Source: Neocallimastix sp. 'constans' (taxonomy: Eukaryota). Taken from it: 64,000 nucleotides of DNA. Below, one piece after another: positions 1 through 11,280 of this stretch (position 1 is its first letter; the number at the start of each line of letters is the position of its first letter). The position numbers were made by a program, and so were the translations under genes. The notes below the pieces were generated by a model, which worked only from the letters and a program-made list of their open reading frames with translations, made no database searches and was not told where the DNA came from. The stretch lies in the NCBI GenBank assembly GCA_050613775.1, contig JBODTK010000010.1, positions 496,001 through 560,000 of the forward strand. The letters are read 5' to 3'.

Positions 1-219
1 ATAGTATTTTGATATTATTACTTTAAATTTCTTATATTTTCATTTAAATATTTTATGGAAGGTGTGTATTTCTCAAATTATGGCTTAAAAATTTTTTAAA
101 AAATAAACATATAAATAAATAAAATAAATAAATAAATAATAAAAATTAAATAAATAAAAAAATAAGTATGTTAAAAATGTTTTATTTTTAGTTTTATATT
201 ATTATTAAAATTTTAATAT

Positions 220-372
220 AATATTGATATTGATTTTAATAATAAAAAAAATATATAATATTGATATTGATAATATAAAAACTAAATAATATTGATATTC
301 TATATAATATATAATATTGATATTGATATTAATAAAAAAAATATTATATATTGATATTGATATTAATAAAAA
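220..372. repeat. ATTGATATTGATATTAATAAAA-type subterminal repeats 3' of the MULE transposase
   Basis: About five degenerate copies. The reverse complement (TTATTAATATCAATATCAAT) recurs at about 8192-8282, downstream of the second MULE fragment. Confidence 0.6.
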
Positions 373-519
373 AAATAACTATTATCAAATGGAATAGTTT
401 TAATTATAATTTAGAATTGTTTTAATTATAATTTAATTTATAAAAAAACTGAAAAATAATATCTTTTAAAATTATAATCTTAATTAATAAAGGTTAGAAA
501 AATATTAATTTATAAAAAA

Positions 520-1907
520 TTAGTATTTTATATTATTTAAATGAATTAAACAATCGTACCATAATTCAACTATATCATCATCATCTCATCCAATACAAAT
601 TAATTTTTCTTCCTTATTTTTATAACATTCAATTAAAGCCTTAATTTCATCAATTCTATTAATATTTTTATTTTTTTTTTAAAAAATAAAACCCCTAATT
701 CTCCTTTCGTGATCATTATACGATAAGGCTTCTTCTTTCTTTAATGCTATTATTAATTTATAAAGAGTAAGTTTTTTTTGGGAAAAGATTATTTAAATAA
801 CTATTAAAAGATTCTGATGCATTATTTGTAATGTGTTCTATATTATTATAATAATTCCAGTTATTTGCATAATATTTATTTAAATAGTTGATATTAAAAT
901 ATTCTAAAAATTCTAAACAATTATTATATTTATTTTTTTTTTCTAATGTATTTTTTATTTTTGAGTAAATGTGTGGTATATAAATAGGGTTAATAAATGG
1001 AAAATTCGAAATAACTCAATAATAAGTATATAAATTATTATTATTATCAATTTCATTAGAATATAATCTGTTTTTTTGAATTTTTAATGATCTTTTAAAG
1101 TATCAAACACAATATTTGATATTTATATAAGGAAAAAAATTTTTTTCTGTATTTGAAATGCCTTTTTCAAAGTCACAATGAAAATTAATTGGAAAAATAA
1201 CTATATTGTTACTAAATTTACTTGCATTTTTTTTATTTCTATAAATAATGTTTCGTAAGTGGATTGTTTTTATCTTTTAATATTGAAATAGAAGTAGTGT
1301 AAAAACTATTTATTTTTTCATCATATGTTCTAGTAATGAACACTTGATAACTAAATTTTGGCGCAATATAAAATATACCATCTACAAATATATCTTCATT
1401 ATATTATGTGAATAGATTTGCTTGGAATGTGGATCGAAAAATTATTAAATTAGGATTTTTGAATATCATAAAATTTTCACCATTTTCTGTTTTATAACAT
1501 TCTGATTCTTCTTTAATTTCTTCAAAAGTTGTTATCATGGAGTTAAATTCAGGACATATTAATCTCATGTCTTGAGAAATTTCATTAAATATACGCTTTG
1601 GTCTAATATCCAAAGAAAAAGGACTTTTTCTTATTGTTTTTTTAATTGTATATTTTACTACTGATTTAGATGTTTCGTATTCTTTTTCAAGATGATTATG
1701 TAAACTTTCATATTTTAAAAACACCATCTTATCGTTTAAAATAATAAAAGATTTACGTTTATTTGAAGTTCTATACTCAGTGCATCTATATACCTTTGAA
1801 TTATCTTTCTTTTCATTTGAAAAATTAAATTTATATTTTCTGTTAATAATAATTTATTTTTTTTCTTGATTTGTTTCACTTTTTTCAATTCTAATATTTT
1901 CCTCCAT
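520..1907 (-). mobile_element. Decayed Mutator-like (MULE) transposase, near full length, with stops and frameshifts
   Basis: ATG at 1907 (MEENIRIEKSETNQ), FLYWCH-like YRCTEY...HNH, DDE-core motifs DIFVDGIFYIAPKFSYQVFI and HCDFEKGISN, and C-terminal HITNNASESFNSYLNNLF. In-frame stops are present (e.g. at 1404); the listed ORF 1404..1727 is one piece. Confidence 0.85.
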
Positions 1908-2133
1908 AAATTTTTTGATAATAAATAAATTTATTATATAGATTTTAATAGTGTCAATAAAATGATTTTATTTTTAATATTTAAAAAAATAAAATTATAA
2001 TAATATATTTAGTTATTTAGTAATTTATTATTTATATTTAATTATTTATTATTCAGAATAAATAATATGTAATTTTTTAATATTATATTACTTTCATTAA
2101 TATTTATTTTAAATAAAAAATATTATTTACAAT

Positions 2134-2590
2134 ATGCAAAGAGAACTCATTAACAATGATTTCTATAATCAATATAATTTTTTGCCTACTAGAAAATTGG
2201 ATAGAGATAACTATTCAATATGGGCTTTAGAATTATACACATTAATGTGTGCAAATGGAATGAAATTCTATGTGGATACCAAAAAAAGTAGAAATATACT
2301 TCAAGTTTTAATTTCAATTTTCCATGCTCTCTAAGTTTGGCATAAGAAAGTTAGAAATATTTTTAATAAGAACATCAAATGTATTAAAGTAAATAATGGT
2401 ACAGAGTTCATAAACAGTAATTTTAGTTTATTTTGTGACAATACTATTATATATCAAACTACAGTATCAATTAACCTTCAACAAAACTTTTAACAATAAT
2501 CTTACCTGCTGTTTTCTGGTTACCTTAAGATATTTGGAAATTCTTTCAGAGCTAACACTTCTACTTCTGAGATTCCTCAAGTTAAAATTT
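2134..2590 (+). mobile_element. Internally deleted Ty1/copia remnant (gag N-terminus plus integrase pieces)
   Basis: KLDRDNYSIWALEL (copia gag N-terminal type), then IKCIKVNNGTEFINSNF and TVSINLQQN, which resemble the integrase IKxLRSDNGxEF and TPQQN motifs. Confidence 0.7.
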
Positions 2591-2772
2591 AATACTTTGA
2601 ATACTTAATTTAAAATTAAATTAAACTTGCTTTACAATTTGGAATATATTTAAAAATATTTAAAATATTTAAAGAATATTTTTTTTCTATATTTTCAAGA
2701 TATAGAAGCCTTTTTAAAATTTAGTAAATAAATTAATAAATAATTTTAAATTAGTGTTAAAAAAATTTTTAT

Positions 2773-3323
2773 GGGAGAGTTGCATTTCGCCAAGTTAATG
2801 ATAAAATTTTTAAAATTAAAACTTTTTTAATAATATTTATTTAATAAAAATTCAAAAAATGTTTTTATAATTTTTTATAATATATACAATATTATTTTAA
2901 TATTATTTTTACAAATAATATATTTTTAATACTTTGTAAAATAGTAATAAAATAATTATTTATAATATTTAATTATAAAAATATATTTAATTAAAAAGAT
3001 ATATTTTAATATTTTTTAAAATATTTATATATATATATATAAATTATTTTTAATTATAACAGTATATTTTTTACAAAATATAAATTTATACTGTTATTTT
3101 ATTATTTAATACTTATTTATTTATTTATTTATATATTTATTTAAATATCTATAAAGATATCTGTATATGAAAAAAAAAATTTTTTTAAATATCCATATTA
3201 ATAATATTTTAATTTATTTATTATTTATTCATTTAATAATTTTCAATTGGCGAAATGTAACTTGGAGAAATGAAACTTTTTTAATACGCCATTTTCTCTC
3301 TTTTGGCAAAATACCCAACTCTC
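2773..3323. mobile_element. Non-autonomous TIR element (MITE, probably MULE-related), family A
   Basis: Left end GGGAGAGTTGCATTTCGCCAAG; right end TTGGCGAAATGTAAC...TTGGCAAAATACCCAACTCTC. The interior (about 2936-3015) matches about 24068-24150. Confidence 0.75.
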
Positions 3324-3351
3324 ATTTGATATTATTTATTAAAATTATTTA

Positions 3352-3514
<163 letters not shown>

Positions 3515-4454
3515 GATGAATTATAATTCAATTTCAAAAGTTTCAATAATTTACAATAATTCAGTTGTAACTATTAAATAATAACATAACAAATAATATT
3601 AAATTTTAAAATTAGATACTAGACTAATTCAATTAATTAAAGTTAACCTATTAAAATAATGTAGTCACATGCTTGGTAATATTGAATTATATAATATTTA
3701 TTATATTATTCAATTAATAATTATCTTTTATTAATTAATATAATATTATATTTTTAATTTTTATTTATATTAATATTTTATATTGAGATCTTAAATTTGA
3801 TATTGAACCTATATTATTATTATTATCTTATTTTATATTCATATTAAAATTAATATGTTTGTTTAATTGTAATAATAATTATAGTAATAATTAATAATTC
3901 CGTTAAATGAATATGTAATAAAATATTGATAATTAAATAATAATAAACTTTATAATAAATATTAATAATAAATTTTAGTAATTACAGTGTTTTAAATAAT
4001 ATTTAAATAATAAAATAATTTGGTATCTTGACCTAATGGTTAAGACCAAATTGACTCAAAATATAAGCATTATTTATTAATTTGCCAATTATATGATTTT
4101 GAATAATTTAAAGTTTTTCCAATTTTTATTCTGGTGGCTAGTGTTTATAATACTCATAAGGTTTCTGGTCCCGCGACTATCTCCTAAATTTATATGGAGA
4201 GATTTTCATCCTCCCAGGGTGTTTTTTTCTTATAGATAAAGTTGGTGTTCTCTCACCATGGTAAGTATTCCTGCTGCTAGTCTGTATAATTGCTAGTATA
4301 GAGAGATAATTTAATCTGTGAGAAGATTAGTGTAATTATTCCTCCCTCGATAATGGTTTAAGAGATCACTAAAAAGAAGCTCGTTGTATAAAGAGGTGTA
4401 TAGAGAATGTCTTTCATATTAACCATGCTATGAGAGAAGACCATGTCAATGCCT

Positions 4455-4870
4455 GAAATTTTCTTTATAGCTACAATTATTGCGGACTTTAACTTTATTT
4501 ATCTATTCATTTATTAATTACATGAATATTTTTTTTAAAAAACAAAGAATTAATAAAATAATAACTATTATTTATCCTATTTAAATATAATAATATTTTA
4601 AATAGTAATGTGAAATAAAAGTAATATTCAAAATAAAGTATATAAATAAATACAACGAATCTCTCCTCCAGATTATATGATTACTGCTTAAAAGAATACT
4701 TATTCCGGATTAGGGTTTGAATTGGTAATCTTAAAGAAATTATAGTACTCTCCTTCAGAGACAATTGGCCCTGCTAGACTGTCTTACTGCATCTTCATCG
4801 TTGACGCTCCTGTCGAGATCGAAATAATATAGCAAAGAATCCAATGAGAGTCTGATATGTTTAAGAGAGA
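4455..4870 (-). mobile_element. Dispersed repeat, probable 3' end of a non-LTR retrotransposon (ORF C-terminus plus 3'UTR)
   Basis: The reverse complement aligns with 20754-21180 (CTCTGAAGGAGA...CTAATCCGGAATAAG...ATCTGGAGG). It encodes a frameshifted RSVNDEDAVRQSSRAN/SEGEYYNFFKITNSNPNPE*, sharing RS.N...VRQSSR with the poly(A)-tailed insertion at 24475. Confidence 0.6.
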
Positions 4871-5433
4871 AACTCTTATTAATTTCAGTTTTAAAAAAAA
4901 AAAATATTAATTTAAAATTCAATAATTTATTTTTAAAAAAAAAAAAAAAAAAATATATTAATTTAAAACTTAAAAATAAATTATTGAATTTTAAATTAAT
5001 ATTTTTTTTTTAAAATAAATTATTAAGTTTTTTATTTATATCTACAAATTACATATTTAAAATAAATTAAAAATTTATATTAATTTATTTTTAACCATTT
5101 AGAAATTAAAAAATTTAAAAAAGGAGGATTAGATTTATTAATTTTTTTTTGCATGGCCATAATTAAAATTATTTATTATCTTTTAAAAAAATTTTCATGT
5201 ATAAAATTCTTTTGAAATAAAAAAAAAAAAAAAAAATTTAATATTTAAAAAAAATATATTTATAAAATTTTTAAGAAATAAAAAATTAGAAAAAGATATA
5301 AAATTAAATAAAATATTATAGAATATAAATAAAAAATAATAATAATAATTAAACAAAAAATTTTTAAAATTTAAATCAAATTTAAATTTTTAATAAATTA
5401 TAATTAAAAAAATAATAAATTATAAATAAGAAA

Positions 5434-6314
5434 ATGAAAATGATAAAGAATAATAAAAACATTTTTATATTATCATTATTGATTTGTCCTTTAGTTTTTA
5501 GTGAAAATGTAGATTTCACTTATAGTAAATATACTATTAATGATATAAAAAAATTTGACATGTAAGTAAAAATCTATATTAAATATTTTTAATATTTAAT
5601 TTATATCTATTAAAGAAGTATAATTAACAAATAATTACATGAATATTTTTAATAATAATTGCTTTTAGTGTTGAAGAATGTAGTTCAAATTCTGATTGTC
5701 CAAACTTCGCTATAGAATGTGCAAAAAATAAATGTGTTTATCCAGAATTTGCTTGTTCAGGAAATCAAAATTGCTACACTTTAAATCCAAATAAAAACTT
5801 CAATATGTTTTTAAATGATGATGACAATTCTGTATATACTGTCTTAGATGAAAATAACAATAATAAAAAAATAATTGCAAAATCCTGTAATCTAAGTAAA
5901 GATTTTGATAGAAATTACGATGATATACCTGATAATTGCACCACTGCTAAATGTTCTTCAAATGATGAATGTTTATCTAACAATTGTATTTCAGGTATTT
6001 GCCAAGTGAATAATTCTTCACCAACATATCATTGTAAAAATAATGGTATATATTATGTATGTAATGAATTATTAGATGAGCATTGTACAAACGACAATAA
6101 TTGTGCTTCATATAAATGTCATGAAAGTGCTTACATTTGTGTTAAAGAATCTAGTCCAATTGAAGGTGGTAACAATGATGATGATGAAAATTCTTCTTCT
6201 AAAGGATTAATTATCGCATGCATTGCCATTTTAGTAATTATCATTCTTATGGTATTATGTTGCATTCTTTGTATGAAACGTTCATCAAAAAATAAAGAAG
6301 TAAATAATAATTAG
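5434..6314 (+). CDS. Cys-rich type I membrane protein, 2 exons (5434-5561, 5669-6314)
   Basis: Signal peptide-like MKMIKNNKNIFILSLLICPLVFS; phase-2 intron GTAAGT...TTTTAG (5562-5668) joins in frame to ORF 5805..6314; repeated CSSNxxC Cys modules; C-terminal TM helix followed by CCILCMKR. Confidence 0.85.
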
Positions 6315-6465
6315 TAACTTTCTGAAGGGTGTATTTAATTTAAATTATATATATATAAAAAAAAAAGAAAAAAAAAGGTTAATGAAAAAATAGTAATAAT
6401 AATAATAATAAAAATAAAATAGATTATAGAATATACAATAGTAATTCTTTTAAAATTTTCTTCCT

Positions 6466-6690
6466 TAGTATTTAGTGATAACAGTCAACAATTAACGATT
6501 TAAATATAGAAAAACACATTAAACAAAATTAAACAAAACCAAAAAAAAAAAATTTAAATTATTATATTTTTTATTATTATATAAGTATTGAGCAATAACA
6601 GTTAACAATTAACAATTTAAATATAGAAAACTACTTTAAACAAAACATAACAAAAAAAAATTATTATTATATTTTTTATTATTATAATTT
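6466..6690. repeat. Diverged tandem duplication, unit about 118 bp
   Basis: ATAACAGT(C/T)AACAATTAAC(G/A)ATTTAAATATAGAAAA occurs twice. Confidence 0.75.
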
Positions 6691-6927
6691 ATTTTTATAT
6701 ATTCTAAATAAAAAGTAATTTAAGAAAAAAAAAAATTATCTATGGTAATTATTGTTTTATAAAACTTTTTATAATATTTTTTTTGTTTTTTTATTTTATT
6801 ATTATGATTATTATGATTATTATTATTATTATTATGATTATAATTATTATTTAATATTAGTTAATATAAATTATTTTTTATTATTATATATTATATTTTT
6901 TTTTTATTATAAATTATTCTTAATTAT

Positions 6928-6982
6928 TCTTAATTTACTTTTTCTTCAATATTTTAATTATTATAATATGAATTGTATTTTG

Positions 6983-7025
<43 letters not shown>

Positions 7026-7111
7026 CTAATTATTATTGTTATATACAATGCATGTGTCTTAATTTACTTTTTCTTCAATATTTTAATTATTATAATATGA
7101 ATTGTATTTTG

Positions 7112-7157
<46 letters not shown>

Positions 7158-7185
7158 ATTATTGTTATATACAATGCATGTGTCT
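6928..7185. repeat. Near-perfect tandem duplication, unit about 129 bp, containing poly(T)
   Basis: TCTTAATTTACTTTTTCTTC...ATACAATGCATGTG at 6928 and 7057. Confidence 0.9.
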
Positions 7186-7666
7186 TTTACGTAACATAAT
7201 TTAAATTAAATTTATAATAAATAGTTTTGTTTTATTTTACTTTTATTTACTTAGTATAACCTTAATAAAGTTAAATAATTAATAAATATTTCTTATTATT
7301 TATTTATAATAATACATTAAATATTTATTATTAATAATATATTAAATAATTATTATTTTTAATAATTAAATATTTAAATATATTAATGATATTATAAATT
7401 ATAAGTTTTTTGTATTTCAAAATAGAAAAAAAAAATAATAATATTAAAATTCTATTCATTAAAATTTAAAATTTTTAGATATTAATGATTTTTTGTTAGA
7501 AAATTAGTATTTTTAGCTTACAATTTAACATTTTAATTTATTATTTTTATTTTATTTTTATTTCAATTTTTAGATATAATAGAGTTTTTATAACTATGAT
7601 ATAAATAATTTAGTCCTAATAATTTTTTTTTTTTACTTTCTATTAGCCCCCTTTTATATAATTAAT

Positions 7667-8045
7667 ATGAAAATATGTATTTAATGTTAATGTTAATAAT
7701 TGGAATTATTATGAAATTATAGAGCATTTAACAAACAATGTATCAGAATCTTATAATAGCTACTTAAATAATATATTTCCAAATAAACCTTTATTTTATA
7801 AATTAATATATATATTAAAAGAAGAAGAAAACTTATCTTATAATGATTACCAAAGGAGAACTAAAGGAACTTGGAAAAAAAAGCAAAAAATATATAGTGC
7901 AACTGATGAAATTAAAATTTTAATTGAAAATTACAAAAGTAAGGAAATAAATTTATTTTATAATGGATGCAACAGAAGTGAATTAGTTAAATCATGGAAA
8001 GATTGTTTAATTGATTTAAACGATATAAATATTAATTTAAAATAA
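7667..8045 (+). mobile_element. MULE transposase C-terminal fragment (5'-truncated)
   Basis: NWNYYEIIEHLTNNVSESYNSYLNNIFPNKP...WKDCLIDLNDINI* is homologous to the C-terminus of the element at 520-1907. Confidence 0.85.
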
Positions 8046-8497
8046 ATAATCTTAATTTAAAAAAATGCTAGAAAAATACAAATTTATTTACCTATTGTGT
8101 TTATTTAATAATCTTAATAGAAATTATCTTTTAGTTATTTATATTAAGTAATTTATAACTAAAACCGATTTATTTGATACTAGTTAAAATTTTATTAATA
8201 TCAATATCAATATTATATAATTATAAATTTTATTAATATCAATATCAATATTATATTATTATAAATTTTATTAATATCAATATACTTTTCAAAATTAATT
8301 ATGTTATTAAAAATATTAAATTCAATAAAAGATTTTTATTATTTTATTAAAATTCTAATTGTTATTATTATATTTTAATAATAATTGATTCATATTGATC
8401 AAACATTATAAATATTACTATGCAAATAATTAATTATTTTAATAGGATCAATTATTCAACTCTTATTGTTTTAATTTTTAATTCTTATATTATTTAA

Positions 8498-8535
<38 letters not shown>

Positions 8536-8883
8536 TTTATAAAAATATGAATTATAAATAATTAAAATAATTTACTTTTCATTTAAATTTTTTTATTTAC
8601 TATAATAAAATATAATAATTAAAAGGCAAACGTTATTTTATATATGTAGTAATTATATATGTATATTTTTTTTTATTTAATTTTCTAAAAAAAATTTTTT
8701 TAGTCATAATAAACGTTTATCTTAATTATTTTTATCATTTAAAAATTTATTTATTCATTTATAATTTATTTATTCATTTATTTATATATTACATTATAAT
8801 ACGTCATGTTTTCCGAAATGCACAACAACAAAATACAAATTTATGTAATAAAAATTTTCGAAATGACACCCCCCATTTCTCAA

Positions 8884-10518
8884 GGGGAGTGTTTCGTATG
8901 TGGCTTGTTTTTAATAATTAAATAAATAATAATTAAATATATAATAAATATTCTTTTTTATATAAAAAAATAATTTTTTATAATTCTTTTTTAATAGAAT
9001 ATATTAATGTTGAATGATTGTATTTGTATGTCATTTTACAACACATTTTGCTATTATATATATATATATATATATATAAACATTCTGCAAAAATGACTAT
9101 GTTTTTGAACATAAAATGCATATATTTGGCATACAAATACAATATGTCTTTATTTGGAAGCCCATATTAATAGATGAACAACATAGGTGTTTGATGCTAA
9201 AACTATGCTAAAAACTATACCATTTTCATCAAAAATAAAAATAAAAAAAATAATAAAAATAAAAATAAAAATAAAATAAAAAAAAAAAAATAAATAAAAT
9301 AAAAAAATAAATAAAATATATATGCATAGGTTTAGCATAATCATAGCATAAATATACATATATTAGCAATATATGCTTATATTATTGTTATTAATGTTCA
9401 AAAAAGCTATGTTGTTAATTGATAAACATACGCATATATTGCTAATATTAACTATAAAACTATATAGTTTATATAAACATAATAACTATATTGTTCAAAT
9501 TAATTATAAAAGTTATATGATTTATTAAACAACTTAGCTATATTTGTTAATTGAATATCAAAGCTGTATCGTTAATTGAACTTTCAAAACTATATCATTT
9601 ATATATAATCATTGCTATTTTTGATCATATTTGATATAGGCTTCCAATTATTAAAATAAACATACAGGTTTTTATGACAAATATATGTTCAAAACTATGT
9701 GTTGATAATTTAATATTTTCAGAAGCCTATATCAATAAGTGTCAAAATGGTATGGTTTTATACAAAAACTATGCAAAAACTATATGCAAATAAACTTTAA
9801 AAACCCCAGAAGAACCGTTACTCAATACTGCTCACGGAAACAAGCGAGAAAATCAAGCACGGAACGCAGTGGAGCTGCGTAGATTTGTCGAGATTAGTTG
9901 GGAGTGAGCAGTATGTAGTAACCAAACAATTCAAAAAAAAAAAAAAATATAAAAAATAAACGGGTTTTTAAAGTTTATTTTAATATTTCTTTTGAAATAG
10001 TTATTTAATAATATTTAATTGAAAAATATATTATATATTTATTTTATTGTATTGAATATCTTAAAAATGCATGGCTTTATTTTAAAATATTATAAGCCAC
10101 ATTGTGAAATACAGGATCTCTGTTTTAATTATCATAACTAATAATCCTAATCCCTAAATATTTATAATGGGGCATTTCGCCAAGTGACGTATTATTATAA
10201 TGTTACATTTCACCAGGTTGCATTTCAACAATTGAAAATTATTATGAATAATTAAATAAAATATTATCAATATTGACGTTATTTAAATATTAAAAAAAAA
10301 AAAAATAAATAAATATTATTAATATTGATATTATTTATTTTTTCAAAGTAAATATTTAAATATTAAAAAAAAAAAAAAAATAATAAAATAATAATAAAAT
10401 AATTATATATAAATAAATTATATATAAAAAAAAGAATATTTACTATTTATTTATTTATTATTTATTTAATTATTGAAAACAAGCCACATACAAAAACAAG
10501 CCATATTGCGAAATGCTC
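8884..10518. mobile_element. TIR element family B with nested insertions
   Basis: Left GTATGTGGCTTGTTTTTAATAATTAAATAAATAAT; right ATTATTTATTTAATTATTGAAAACAAGCCACATAC. The same TIR motif occurs at about 24300 and 24855. A family-A end lies at about 10168 (GGGGCATTTCGCCAAGTG). Confidence 0.6.
9788..9980. repeat. Nested GC-rich palindrome/hairpin
   Basis: Perfect 19-bp inverted repeat 9788-9806/9962-9980; inner ATACTGCTCAC/GTGAGCAGTAT (9825-9835/9904-9914); core GGA-AC-GCA-GT-GGA at 9861-9873. Confidence 0.85.
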
Positions 10519-11058
10519 TTGAATTTAATAATATTTAATTAAAAAAGTATTTTAATATCTTTAGTTACAATATATATAATAATATTTAATTTTAAAAGTA
10601 TATTTTAACATTTTTTTGTTATAATAATAAAAAAATAATATTTAATTTTAAAAAAATATTTTAATACTTTTTGTTAAAATAATATTTAATAATATTTAAA
10701 AAAATATTTTATTTATTTATTTATTTTCTTATAATTATTAAAAAAAGAAAAAAGAGGGATTAATTAAGAATTAAAATTCTATTTAAAAGCCACATTTGAA
10801 ATGGAACATTCCATTACTATTAATTTTTAGATGTAGTGCATTTGTGGCTTATAAATATTTTAATATATTCTATGCAATCATAAATAAATATATAAATAAT
10901 TAAATAATTAAATAAATAAAAAAAAAATAAACATAATTTATATGTAATTAAAAAAAAATAATAATAATTATATTTAAATATGTAATAATAATAATAAAAA
11001 AAGGAATAAATTCGTAAAAATAATATTAATATACTTTTTTTTTTTTTTTTTTACTTTA

Positions 11059-11280
11059 ATAACACATATTAATAAGAATAACTTATTAAATAATTATAGT
11101 ATTATTTTTTGTGAAAATAATATATAATTATCAATTTATTTTTTATTTATTTAATTTAATTTTTTTTTTTTTTTTTTATTTTATAACACATATTAATAAG
11201 AATAACTTATTAAATAATTAAAGTATTATTTTTTGTGAAAATTATATATAATTATCAATTTATTTTTTATTTATTTTTTT
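11059..11280. repeat. Tandem duplication, unit about 124 bp
   Basis: ATAACACATATTAATAAGAATAACTTATTAAATAATTA occurs twice. Confidence 0.85.

Noticed and set aside
520..1907. Stop-codon reassignment or readthrough explaining in-frame stops
   Set aside because: The stops co-occur with frameshifts in decayed elements, while intact genes end normally at TAA, TAG or TGA.
3566..4030. Possible LTR (TGTAA...TTACA) with a TGGTATC PBS at 4021
   Set aside because: No TSD, TGGTATC is not adjacent to the CA end, and no gag follows.
4130..4268. Minus-strand ATACTTACC resembling the U1 snRNA 5' end
   Set aside because: No recognisable U1-70K loop, U1A loop or Sm site downstream.
6753..7196. Possible solo LTR (TGTT...CGTAACA) resembling the 62977 terminus
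   Set aside because: Only a few terminal bases match, there is no exact TSD, and the interior is low complexity.
9840..9900. SRP RNA helix 8
   Set aside because: It lacks the GNRA-capped SRP54-binding loops; the symmetry fits a DNA palindrome better.
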